64,000 nucleotides of DNA from Hormiphora californensis (GCA_020137815.1 CM035351.1:3286001-3350000); one strand, 5' to 3'; positions 9,401-20,080 are shown, counted from the stretch's first letter. Translations and numbers: made by a program. Notes: generated by a model not told the origin, from the letters alone.

Positions 9401-11582
9401 GTGCCAGCCAAACTGCCTGTTTATAATGAGTTACACTACCTGACTAAAGTTAAGAGGTTCGACATGGCGGTTATGTTTAAGACGGAGGCCCAGCAGCTAA
9501 CTATCAGTCAGTTGGTTCACTACGCTGCCGAGAACGCGAGTTGTAAGGTGGGAATCTTGAAACTTGTCAAGGCTTATGATATCATGGACTTATCTAAATA
9601 TGAACTGCCTGATATGACTGATGAAGTTGAGACAACTAGTTGAGAGAGGGTGTTATCGGATCTTTTTTACATCTCAGTCACATTCTTACAACTGTGTAAA
9701 TATTTATTGTCAGAAGTGGACACACCAGGCTGTGTGTTGGAGCGTGTGTCAGTCGGAGTATGGAAATGTGGAACTGTGTTTCCGAACTTATTGTGTACAT
9801 AAACCCCTCATACAATGTATTTGTTACCAGTAACTCGGTTTTGTTGTTATTTGAGAGAAAACGTGTCAACTGTCGGCGACCCCCCTCTCATATTTTCTCT
9901 CTCTCTCTCAACTCGCCCACTCATCTTCTCCGATAGTGTGTGTGCGGGTTTCTAGAAGAAACGGCGTGTCGGGGGGGCTGGTGGGGTTTGGAACGCGCGG
10001 TAACTTTCTTATGTTCTGAGTAACTCGTGTGCGCGCTCCTCTCTCATCCTCATCTCCCCCACTGACCTCAGGCTCAACATGACCCCGGCCCACGCCCCTT
10101 CTATTCTGGCAGGCCTCCACATCTCCCAGCCCCCCCCCCTTTTTGACACTTCCTCAGTCATCTCTAATCTCTCTCTGTTTCCTCAGATTATCAAGCCCTG
10201 GAAAAGATTGCTGATGAAGCCGGACTTGAAAAGGTAGACCTCTCATCCTGACCTATCATCACCATTCACCGGCCACGCGAGAAACCTGTTTGTGTTTCTT
10301 ACTCAACTAGTTTCTGTAGAACACGTCCATGAAGTCCGACATATTCAGCATTTAACGTGTATAATATTTCATTGCCTTGTTCAAACTTCGTCCCTCCCTC
10401 GGAGAGAGAGAGAGGGTTACAACATAACAAGTAATTTATTGTTCAGTGCTCTAACAAATAATCTCATTTCAGACCCCGTTTGTGTGTGTTCATCTCTACG
10501 AGCTGCTCTTCAGAGGATCTCTCAGCACTGGGGGACCTCTCAAATCCAAACTAATGTCCCTGAAACCTAGACTACTGGAACTGAAAAAGAAACACGCCTC
10601 AACCCCCACAAAACAGGCCCGTCTCCCTCTGTATGTTAGGATTAACTCACTTAAAGTGCCTGATCCTGTTTCAGTAGTCAGACAACTGCAAGAAGACTTC
10701 CCAGGTGGTGCATTTGCTGGCGACCCTCATGTCAACTTTCTGTTTCGGTTTCCTGCGACTACTAATTTCAGTGAACACCCCCTGTACAAGAACGGGACAC
10801 TGATTATCCAGGATAAAGCGAGCTGTCTGCCTGCTGTAGCTCTCTCCCCACCCCCTGGTTCTGTGGTACTGGACGCGTGTTCTGCACCGGGGAATAAGAC
10901 ACTCCACCTAGCGGCGCTAATGAAGGGGTCAGGACGGGTGTTGGCTATTGAGCGGGATAGGAAGCGGTTCAATCGGTTGAAAGGTAGTGTTCACAGACAC
11001 GGAGCAGATAAAGTCATCACTCCAATCTGTTCTGATTTCCTGAAGATAGACCCAACTCAACCTCCCTATAACACGGTAACCCATATCCTCCTCGACCCGT
11101 CCTGTAGTGGCAGTGGGATGGTGACGGAGAACCTGGTGACTCAATTTAAACCGGTGAATCAGAACCGTCTTGATGAGTTAGCTACCCTTCAACGCACCCT
11201 CCTCTCTCACGCCCTAACTTTCCCAGCCCTTCACCGGATCGTCTACTCCACCTGCTCTCTCTATGAGAAGGAGAACGAGGCGGTGGTCCGGTCTACTGTT
11301 GAGGGGAATCCAGATTGGGAGGTAGTACCAGTGATACCTGATTGGACACGCCGCGGGCATGGTGTCGACATGTCAGGGTGCGTACGGTGTCTACCGGAGG
11401 ACAACACTAACGGCTTCTTTCTGGCCTGTTTGCAGAGGAAGGAGAAGGAGCCAGTTGTTGTTGATAAGAGTGGAGCGGGGAAGTTTAAGATACAGAGTGT
11501 GTTTGTAGTGGGACGGCTAGAGAGGAGATTCAAGTTGCCCCGGGGACCTTACAAGTACCCTTATAAATTTATTGCCATTTGA
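3422..11582 (+). CDS. NSUN5: 28S rRNA cytosine-C5 methyltransferase NSUN5; exons 3422-3560, 10187-10233, 10473-11582
   Basis: Exon 1 MSQLYQECARIITRVIAGTGSVKSLCLNSKNRAKKKLYAIVFNVLQ resembles the NSUN5 N-terminus (MGLY..GSIKGLVYSS..KQLYALV). Phase-1 donor A|gtaggt joins cctcag|AT (N-YQALEKIADEAGLEK). A phase-0 junction then joins cag|TPFVCVHLYELL. The last exon has YVRINSLK, IQDKASCLPA, DACSAPGNKT, LLDPSCSGSG, YSTCS and GFFLA motifs. Confidence 0.92.
3935..5671 (+). CDS. ECD: Ecdysoneless / SGT1-family protein, intronless, nested in NSUN5 intron 1
   Basis: 578-aa ORF with the SGT1/ECD motifs FDSSLEDEWYVVWLL, DDDGEFMLIEASDAVPPW, NRVFLYQG, TRCQYAQL and GYFRGDMEGS. C-terminus DIDFNLVSNILNSFS..GLDGPASSVLASLGV. 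Confidence 0.95.
   Translation: MSIQDRNTVFYNIYPLSDTTTSLDELRLQCLEFLSPHLDIIWNAECFTLTPVSHPSHPHLKGQVWFDSSLEDEWYVVWLLRKLTAQFPGIVSKVWDDDGEFMLIEASDAVPPWLIPEISDNRVFLYQGKVAIVPQPTTPAHMGLFPMTGVTLDQALRCIPHINLEEESARIDKLVCERLSDFPERSLHKSRVHLPVTLVHALSQNPGLISSIISMYLYADRQEIASVVKHKRLQWVDTCDTNITLTRCQYAQLYSQRISSTPAWPSKPAGHVDHLARQLGLKVTLGAELALSVADGETGTDAEFVRYRKKLEGMGYFRGDMEGSATYKEQLRKAELFYKSSQEHDTSGNVWMSNSRALSHLVDSSAAVDLDQYRGADVSESDPDGWMDVMPVDIQRWFLRGREHDKSTSTGSTTKNKGPSNHPDKVDEISTRNMDVINSRLQSFVEQVSSHEGAEVPGDLNLNPDDFFSALQGLKDQVDRAREKEDESGSEDTSSIESDLRAESEEEMREYMRELEGQLGKTTLTESFEKGQDGELDIDFNLVSNILNSFSADSGLDGPASSVLASLGVRLPRNEDNF
5903..7918 (+). CDS. PELP1: PELP1 / Rix1-like rixosome subunit, intronless, nested in NSUN5 intron 1
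   Basis: 671-aa Leu-rich helical ORF. EAPVSVPL resembles PELP1 GAPVSVPV and EAHIHPQ resembles the Rix1 HPR motif. It has a Glu-rich tail, and the terminal LMSSFVDEPASD resembles MLADFIDCPPDD. Confidence 0.8.
   Translation: MSLKQILFDEDALSKLPDLVDLLQRGCIPEGEIIQLFPALSTLLNGTLPQRKMGLSLLKCCILYLHSRNKISEHVDVMVKWWRAAVGCLKSRYSADCTFRLAAINCTLFTQIAGSYVDLLIEGRGSVPIMVTACTSHPCTETFTILPLLVKHFPSHIGKHFDQIRGFCLSQVGDWPVEAGELLGRLPCTGPAGKNSATYVVSWRKEFGACLGGLRGVLGRVTGAQQVLQQHQGDARKVLPDITLIGNHGDITTANNHVTFLCSALRSLLTSCSVEAPVSVPLSTVKSLIEEVARSYQDSLSFISTSDNFTKRLILSHTVLEVLQFLGSLFKVLGTTTLLLQPATEQLLIPLLRSPATSLPAVTLIHTMVRVTGSSVGVPLVMLTSLLSLNQLTLTAGSGGQVTKKQRTEQFNTLTFENSTLGSHDERLMEKVLEVVNEILTSTGPFLAQMKSEDLRGKCQGIISNSACFSPSLVRLAHSTCLLLSSPEVSLAHQTNYWSPDLTGFFASQMRTSEAHIHPQRCYITGPQHSTEQTSLFEGSNSTQNHRGNLREELEHMAATAAKECAIPSVRTTQEEEEEEEMEVAVETTTQEEENVGENGYTLDLPPKPVFELPPSLQQRATNLVQSGKENLVMNNNTKPEAPVIDLKQGSVELLDLMSSFVDEPASDGEC
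8191..9643 (+). CDS. RPAP3: RNA polymerase II-associated protein 3 (R2TP co-chaperone), intronless, nested in NSUN5 intron 1; frameshifted in this assembly
   Basis: N-terminus LQLQMKQNTEEMSSFLKDMTDW..LPPIR, then DYRAWDKFDVD, a TPR block (KEKGNDFFK..CYTKGL..LFANRAMALIKLQKY..DCD..YTKAYLRRA) and the RPAP3_C domain (PANYLQFQTDFRKL..YPKLFQDSLE..KRFDMAVMF). About 7 single-base indels between 8450 and 9095 split the ORF. Confidence 0.88.
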
Positions 11583-12223
11583 TAAATCAACGCCAAAGTA
11601 TGGGGGTATTTTTATTTAGAAGTGACTAGGAGGGTTATATTAATTAATAATGTGTGCCAGTAAATTATTGAAAGTTTTGGGAGTTGAATGTCTAACTTTT
11701 TTATAGTCTTGAGAGTGAGCTAGAGTTTCTACCGAATCAGCTCCATTGGTATTTCTAGTCTCGTATATCGGGTTTTATCTCACTTATCTAATAATTCTTC
11801 TTTTGCAGCCGGGTTCCCTGGAAACCGTTTCCACACGCTTCACATCACGTGTATTTTATTTGTCTCCTTCTGTACGTGGGGCGTAGTTCGAGCAAGACAA
11901 ACTTGTTTTTAGATAAGAAGTTCTCTCATTCGCAGCACTTCATTCTTTAGTTTGAGTTTTCTCTGTAACTTAATTAACTTATTCAACCATTGAGAGCATT
12001 ATCAGCATATTTGAATATTTTATACTTCATTGTCTGTGCAATAAAGGACTGGGTTTTTATCTAATAAACAGGGAGACCTTGGTGACCTAGTTTATTTGTT
12101 TGGTCACGCGGTAAACCCTACCCTGACTTTTGAATTTGGGGATGTTTAGCTTTATTTGGGCTTTCTGGTTTTAACCCCTACCGCCTAGTATCCCACCCCC
12201 TAGTCCCACCTCCCCCTAGTTAC

Positions 12224-15200
12224 ATGGGGTACTGTACCCCACCCACTGTACCCCATGTTATGATAGATGGCCCCCTCCCCCAGTCCCCACCCTACTACTA
12301 CTACATATCTGACCACGTCTACCTATTCCCAGCCCATGTTATGATAGATGGCCCCCACTCCTAGACCCCCCCCCCACCTCCTAAACCTCTCACCACGTCT
12401 ACCTATTCCCAGCCCATGTTATGATAGACTAGAGAGCCCAGGCAAAAGAACAAAAAACTCTCACACCCTATTGACTCCTCTCAATCCCGATCCCTGGCTC
12501 ATGCCTACTTTGCTCCCTACGGCGCCGCTTCGCGGCACCTCCGGTCGCGAGATCATACTCCACCCCCCTTCCCCCTGTTGACTCCCCTCAGTCCTCACCG
12601 CTCTTATCCCTATTGACTCCCCTCGGCCCCTATTGAATCATATCGTCCCCTATTCACTCCATCTCACCCTCTATTCACTCCCTTAACGCCCCTCACCCCT
12701 CTCTTAATCTGTGATCTGAAGCAGTTCAGAACCCCAAATTTTCCCTCATTTTTCACCATTTCCCCCATTACTTAGTCATTTCTCAGCCAATTTCGAAAAT
12801 CTTGGGCTCATTAGAAAGATAATCTCAAGCTCTTTCCAAAGAGCTATTATCCCCCAAATTTATAAAACCTTTACACACGCACGTGCACTCCCCAAACCCC
12901 ACCAACTACCCCTAACAACACGTCAATTTTCCACGTGCAAGCCCTAAAAAACCCCCAAAAAACCAATTGTCTTGCAAGCATCTCTGCTTTATAATATAGA
13001 CTAGAGAGCCCAGGCAAAAGAACAAAAAACTCTCACACCCTATTGACTCCTCTCAATCCCGATCCCTGGCTCATGCCTACTTTGCTCCCTACGGCGCCGC
13101 TTCGCGGCACCTCTGGTCGTGAGATCATAATCCACGCCCCCTTCCCCCTGTTGACTCCCCTCAGTCCTCACCCCTCTTATCCCTATTGACTCGCCTCGGC
13201 CCCTATTGAATCATATCGTCCCCTATTAACTCCATCTCACCCTCTATTCACTCCCCTATAATGCCATAATGAATACTCCCCTCACCCCTCTATCAATCTG
13301 TGATCTGAAGCAGTTCAGAACCCCACATTTTCCCTCATTTTTCACCATTTCCCTCATAACTCGGTCGTTTCTCAGCCAATTTCGAAAATCTTGTGCTCAT
13401 TAGAAAGATAATCTCAAGCTCTTTCCAAAGAGCTATTATCCCCCAAATTTATAAAACCTTTACATTCGCACGTGCACGCCCCAAACCCCACCAACCACCC
13501 CTAACAACACGTCAATTTTCCACGTGCAAGCCCTAAAACCCCCTCCCCCCAAAACCAATTGTCTTGCACTGTTCTCTGCTTTATAATATAGACTAGAGAG
13601 CCCAGGCAAAAGAACAAAAAACTCTCACACCCTATTGACTCATCTCAATCCCGATCCCTGGCTCATGCCTACTTTGCTCCCTACGGCGCCGCTTCGCGGC
13701 ACCTCCGGTCGCGAGATCATACTCCACACCCCTTCCCCCTGTTGACTCCCCTCAGTCCTCACCCCTCTTATCCCTATTGACTCCCCTCGGCCCCTATTGA
13801 ATCATATCGTCCCCTAATCACACCATCTCACCCTCTATTCACTCCCCTAACGCCATAATGAATACTCCCCTCACCCCTCTCTCAATCTGTGATCTGAAGC
13901 AGTTCAGAACCCCAAATTTCCCCTCTTTTTTCACCATTTTCGCCATAATTCAGTCATTTGTCAGCCAATTTCGAAAATCTTGGGCTCATTAGAAAGATAA
14001 TCTCAAGCTCTTTCCAAAGAGCTATTATCCCCCAAATTTATAAAACCTTTACACACGCACGTGCACGCTCCAAACCCCCCACCAGCCATCCCTAACAACA
14101 CGTCAATTTTCCACGTGCAAGCCCTAAAACCCCCTCCCCCAAATTTTGTCTTGCACTGTTCTCTGCTTTATAATATAGATGGCCCCCACTCTTAAACCCC
14201 TAAACTCCTAAACCCCCACCCTCTAACCCTCTCACTACATCTCTCACTACCTAGCCCATGTTATGATAGATGGCCCCCACTCCAGTGAAGTGGAGGACAA
14301 AGAAGAGGAAGAAAGTATGAGGGGGTCCAAGGATACCGTACCATTACTTATCAATAGCGCTTCAGAGGTACGTTACTAACATTGAATGGCCCCCATTGAA
14401 TTACTTAGGGCGGATTCTAGGAATGGTGTTTCTGAGTTCCATGAATATCATTTTTATATTCTTCCACTCTACACCTTCAACCATCATGATCAAAGAGGCC
14501 ATTTCGGATATTTCCCTGAGTCCCAGGCCGTGTCTCGCCGCAACACAAAATGTCTTTTTTTTGGTCGCGTGACTACAATCGCGTGAATTAGTTAATCCTT
14601 TGTCGTTCCGTCTCTTTTCCTGTAATGACCGTGGCGAGGGGGGGGGGGGCTAATGACTGCAGCCCCTGCAGCTGCCCCTATATAATGATCATCACGTGGT
14701 TCTCTTATCTTGTGGGGGTCAATAGAAAGGAGAGGCTCCGGGAGACTGGAGATTAATTTCCCAAATCCTACCTGAGGTTCAGGTCACACTATCTTGTTTC
14801 CTCTTATCATATTAGGTCGTTTCATAAACATGATGATGATGAATAAAGATACCGAATTTTGTTCTTCTATTCTTTCCAGTCCGGTCATTGCGTGAGCAGA
14901 GCAAAGCCATGCTGGAATCATGGCAAAAGTTAGTTGATGCATAATATCCTAACTTTCGCCATACTGTTTTTTAGTCCTAGTCTCTCAATTGAATTGCCTT
15001 ACTCTTTAGAACCCTCTTTAGAACCTGTTCTAGAACGTTCAATTCAATTTTTGCTATAACAACAATTGAATTTGCTCTCAATGAACTTTGTTTCAAAAAA
15101 TACTATACAGAGGGCCAGCCGACCGTGAGCTATGACTAAAAACGTCAATTTTTAATTTTTATTGGTGTGTACTGACCCTAACTCACTTCCAGTATTTGCC

Positions 15201-18200
15201 ATGTACTCTGCTTTTATGAACTTTTGCACCTCTAAATTTCCCCCGCCTTCACCCGTATGCCTTTTGCAGAAATCTGTAACGGACATAGTGACTATGTGTA
15301 GCAAGTTATCTCGTCCCGTTTCAGTGATCTCTAGCCCTACAGCTGGAACCAAAATTTACCAAAATGTGCGTTTTGACCACATACTGCAGTATGGCCAAAG
15401 TTAGTTGCTGCATAACATCCTAACTTTGGCGATACTATATTTCTAGTCCTAGTTTCTCAATTGAATTTGCTCTCAATGAACTTTGTTTCAAAAAATGCTA
15501 TGAAGAGGGCCAGGCCAGGATTATAACATGTATGTATCATTGAGTTAGAATAAAACGGCACGTATGAAAGTGTCCGTCATTATATGAAGTGTGACTCCAC
15601 TGTGCCGCTGGTTTTGCCGCTGCTACTAATATTGTATTGCCTAATATTGTATTGCCTTGATAGCATTGCCTAGCATCAGTTGTTTTCTCAAGAAAACTGA
15701 AGTTGGTAGCGTGTAAGATGGAGGAGGGGACAATTGTTATTAAAAACGAGATGAAGGAGGGGACAATTGTTATTAAAAACGGGATGACGGAAACAGTTGT
15801 CATTAACGAGACAGAACATCCGCCAGTTGACAGCTCCGTTGAATTCCAAGACGGATCAGAAAGTCTGAGTTTTGAAAAGGTTGCTGGTAGTTTGTTGCAC
15901 ACTTTTTATATCGGCACCCGGTCATTTCACTCTTGTCATTCTTGGTGTTTACCTTTCACTGGAATTCCTACTACTACAACAATCTGAAACCTAACCCGGG
16001 TTAACCCCCCCCCCCCATTTTTTCCCCGCCCGGGTGAAGGCCGAAGGCCTTCACCCGGATGCCTTTTGCAAAAAGGCATAAGGGGTTTAGAAATCTAAAG
16101 GGATATAGTGACTATGTGTAGCAAGTCCACCTTCCTGTCCCGTCTTGCGTTGCTAACAGCAACCCTGCGGCGCGCACGATTTGGTTCTTGCGGAGGTAGA
16201 TTTCGCGCGTGTTCACAAGCATTAAAATTGAAAAGGCGCTGCCGCGCGTTTTCGCGTGTTACATAAAGTCGGATTTTTTGAAGTTGTCACCCCAAAATGA
16301 CCGCGCATGTGAAATTTATCAATTTTGACGCGCACACCACACGTTAACATGTGATGTGACGCACAAAAACATTCCGCGCACGAAAAGGGGGGTGACAACT
16401 TCAAAAAATCCGACTTTACACATAATCATTCTGCGAGTGTTAGATAAGTTAGATAAGTAGTATAGTTAGAGTGTCGAAAGTTAGTTAGCAAGTGTCATGT
16501 GAGTTAGTTAAGCTATGTGAGAAGTATACTGGCAGCTAGATCGTTGAGCATTCTCAACCAACCGTTAGGATATGGATCCCAATCACATTTAAAGACCATC
16601 CAGCTTCGTTGAGTTCTGAGCAACGTGAGCTTACTCGGCCCCACCGAGTCTTCATGACTCTCTGAAACGTTGAGTACCCTCAACAGCCCGCTAGGATATG
16701 GATTCCATCTCGGCAATCCAATCCAACTTTGTTACCCACCAAACACTAGTTGAGCATACTCAACCCCACCACCAGTTCCCAGAAAGTCCAGGGTTGCTGG
16801 CACCTTCACGAACTCTCCCATTTCTTATACGTGTTTTATATTTGTGAGTTTTGCTTGCCTGCTTCAGTTTTTTCCCGTCCCCCTGAGTTTTATTTTTCTA
16901 CGAGATTTATTCTTTTTTTTTTTACTACTACACGTATTATTTTTTATATCGCTCCCCCCTTTTTCCCCCTGTAATCTTTAACCCTGCCCCTGTTGACCAC
17001 TTTACGCTTTTTAGCCCTTTTATTGTGTCTTTTTAATTTATTTATTTATTCCCTTCATGTACGTTTTCCTTTTATACCCGAGCGTCATGTTTTTGCCTAA
17101 TGATTTTAAACTTAAATTTAACTTTAATCACCTTAGCATCTTTAACTTTCTTTTTCATCTGACAATGAAGTACCATTATAGATGTATATTGTTTAAATCC
17201 TGTTTAAATCCTGTTTAAATCCTGTATGCATCTCACATTACACTATGACCAAGCCTTGAATGTTGAATGACACATGATACGGGAGGCCGAGGGCGGGGAA
17301 ACACAGCATTATGAATACATAATGCAATAATTCTTGTTTAATACTAAAACGTATTGTATACAGTCGGACCCCGAGGATTCCACTAAATCGGGGTCCGACT
17401 GTACTATGGACCACCTATCTCTCCAAATATGAGGCTAATAAACAGTTATCCGATCGCCCAACTTTCTACCTATCTCCCCCTTTCAGATTCCCGAGGTATA
17501 CGATGCGCTACTCAGTAAGATAGGGTTTACCTGCCGACTAGCCTTGATTGTTATAACATCAGGTCTTGGACTCCTTTCTGATGCCTTGGAGATTATGAGC
17601 ATCGGGTTTGCTAAGGCATACATTGCAAAGGAATTTCAGGTACTGATAAGTTTATAAATAACATCCAAATTTTCGGCCCTTCGTTGTTCAACAAGAGCTG
17701 TTAAATTACCTTTTCTCTCCCATCCCATCCTAAAGTTATCACTTATCACCCCTCCCCCTAAAGCTAACCAGACAAGAGGAATCCACGCTATCTGGAGTAC
17801 TGTTTGCGGGTATGCTAATTGGAGGACTCTTCTGGGGTCGATGTGCCGATATGTTTGGAAGAAGATCTGTCCTCGTTATCTCTCTCTCCATGAACGGTCT
17901 GAGTGCCGCCGTGTCCTCTCTCTCGCCCACCTTCTGGTTGTTCCTAGTGGCACGATTTTTTAGCGGCATTGGGTAGGTCAAGTTTTCACATTCGTAGTGC
18001 TTTCTTGTTTTGTTCAAACCCCGGGGCGCAGTGAGACAGGGTTGAGCAACTGCAAGGCAAGTTTTCCCATTATGCCACCTGTAGCTGTTTTATAACCTGT
18101 ATCTCTCTTCTACAGAGTGGGTGGATCTCTCCCTATCATATTCTCCTACGTCTCGGAATGGTCCTCCAGGAAAGTCAAGGGAGGGCTCATTTCGACCGTT

Positions 18201-20080
18201 GCTACTTGTTGGATGGCTGGTACGATTGTGGCAGCCGGTCTCGCCTGGGCCATCCTACCTCTACCAGAGACACCGGGACAGTTGTAAGTGTCGTGGAGCT
18301 TGTAGTTTGTGCTTAACCTTGGGGGAATGTACAATTTTCGACGCTCAGATGGCTAGATTTTCCGAACCAGAAAGGTCAATTTATGGAGGTCGTTCCCCGG
18401 ACAAAAAGTCGTATCTCGCACCCTTCTGGATTAATTCTCATATCTTGTAAAATCTAAAGGACGCATCCCGACGCATTTGGGCCTTGGCTAGACTGTGTTT
18501 CGGGCGCCCTTTACAAATGTAAAGGGAGGGTTAGAACATAGCAATTTGGGCCTCGGGCTATCCAAACCAATTTGATAACACTCCCCTCTCTCTCAGTTGG
18601 CAGCCATGGCGGACCTACCTACTAGTAGCCAGTTTACCCAGTCTAATAGCAGTCTTCCTCTACATCCTCCTCCCTGAGAGCCCCGTATTTCTGATAGACG
18701 TGGGCAGAAAGGACGAGGCAGTGACTGTTATACGCGGCTATGCAGAGGGGGTACCTGATACTCAGGATGAGTTCTGTGTACTGAAACGACTTATAGAGGA
18801 TACCTCTAATAATACCAACAACCAGAGACAGACAATCGGGGATATGGTTATTGAGGTAATTTTAATTTAACTAATTATCATAATTAATTATCATAATTAA
18901 TTATCATAATTAATTTAATTACCGCGTTGTTTTGTTAGAATTACATCAGAGTAACTATTCCCCACATGTTTCAGTTCCTAACTGGTAATGTAAAGCTGTT
19001 CCGAAGAAGGTTACTGAAAACCACTCTCGTCCTCATGGCGGTCATACTCCCTGTACATTTTGGGTATTACGGCTTTATGTTGTGGTTCCCGGAGTACTTG
19101 GACCACCAGAGTACTAAGGAAGGGACAATTCGACCACCTGAATGGATTTATATTGAGAGTTTCTATGTTTCATTAGCGTCTCTGCCAACAAATATCTTTA
19201 CCATTCTCCTGTCAGACAAGATTGGACACTCTCGATTACTTTGTAAGTGCAGTGAATTACTGCGTCTCCTTTACTTAATTATGAGATTAAATATTTACTG
19301 ATATTAGGGGGTATGTAAAATCCAGGATAACCCAGATAGCTCGGATAGCCCGGATAATAATAAGTATTTTCAGGATGGCCCGTAAGACAATCCGGGATAT
19401 CAGGGCCTGATATGGGCCCCTGATTATCTGATATATCCGGGTTATACGAGCTATCTAGTATCTGGGCTTGATTTCCGGAGTATTACAACTCGTATATGAT
19501 GGAATAGCATTAAATAATGATATTATCATTGTTTGTTTAACTAGTCAGCCCATGAGTCATGACCTTCTTGAGAATATTACTTATTATCACCCCCCCCCCT
19601 CCAGCTGCTAGTTTGGTCCTCTCCGCGGGATCTGTTTTCCTCCTCTGGAAGCTGGATGGTCCTGATTGGACGGTGGTATTGAGCTGTCTATTCAATGCTG
19701 TTACTGCCCCTGTTTTCTGTATGGTGGATACTATCGTACCTGCCCTCTATCCTGCCGACTCAAGGTACGGTATTCATCAAATCCCTTTCCCCTTCTCATG
19801 GCTCCTCTGAGAAAGATGAGAAGAGTCTTGCGAGGTTGTGTCGAAACGTTATATTCGAATACTTGGCCTGTATTCACAACTAAACTATTCTTTCCATTTC
19901 AGAGGTACAGCGTTTGGGTTCCACACTGCTCTAATCAGAATCGTCTCCATGATTGCAACTTGGGTTTTCAGTTTGTTTATTGACTCTTCTCCTACTATCC
20001 CTATCCTAATGACTGCCATCATACTATTAACTTCAGCCTTCATATCCCTCAAAGTACCATCTGGGTCCTTTGTACACTAA
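12224..20080 (+). CDS. SV2-like MFS transporter; tentative first exon 12224-12228, then 14286-14367, 17487-17639, 17764-17972, ~18116-18283, 18597-18855, ~18975-19242, ~19606-19764, ~19903-20080
   Basis: Spliced motifs GLGLLSDALEIMSIG, GMLIGGLFWGRCADMFGRR, GIGVGGSLPIIFSYVSE, CWMAG..LAWAILP, PWRTYL..PESPVFL, YYGFMLWFPE, LPTNIFTILLSDKIG and RGTAFG match the SV2/SVOP family. The start is uncertain; the alternative is the ATG at 14317. Confidence 0.85.
12429..14179 (-). mobile_element. Head-to-tail array of three non-autonomous Helitron-like units (12429-13000, 13001-13592, 13593-14179)
   Basis: On the - strand each unit starts TCTATATTATAAAG and ends GGGCTCTCTAG. The array is inserted between A and T with no TSD. 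The empty site ATGATAGA|TGGCCCCC survives in neighbouring repeats near 12262, 12341 and 14263. Confidence 0.8.
14925..15512. repeat. Diverged direct repeat pair (about 14925-15120 and 15398-15512) in an SV2-like intron
   Basis: Shared AAAGTTAGTTG..CCTAACTTT..CTCAATGAACTTTGTTTCAAAAAAT..GAGGGCCAG. Confidence 0.6.
16264..16418. mobile_element. MITE with ~30-bp terminal inverted repeats
   Basis: TAAAGTCGGATTTTTTGAAGTTGTCACCCC ... GGGGTGACAACTTCAAAAAATCCGACTTTA. Confidence 0.7.
17361..17401. mobile_element. Minimal Tc1/pogo-type MITE remnant (41 bp)
   Basis: TA|CAGTCGGACCCCGA..TCGGGGTCCGACTG|TA: CAGT termini with a TA duplication. A related end lies near 55650. Confidence 0.65.

Noticed and set aside
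10292-10570. ORF-track starts at 10292/10482 as the NSUN5 N-terminus
   Set aside because: They are non-ATG starts lacking the conserved N-terminal block, which is supplied by exons at 3422 and 10187.
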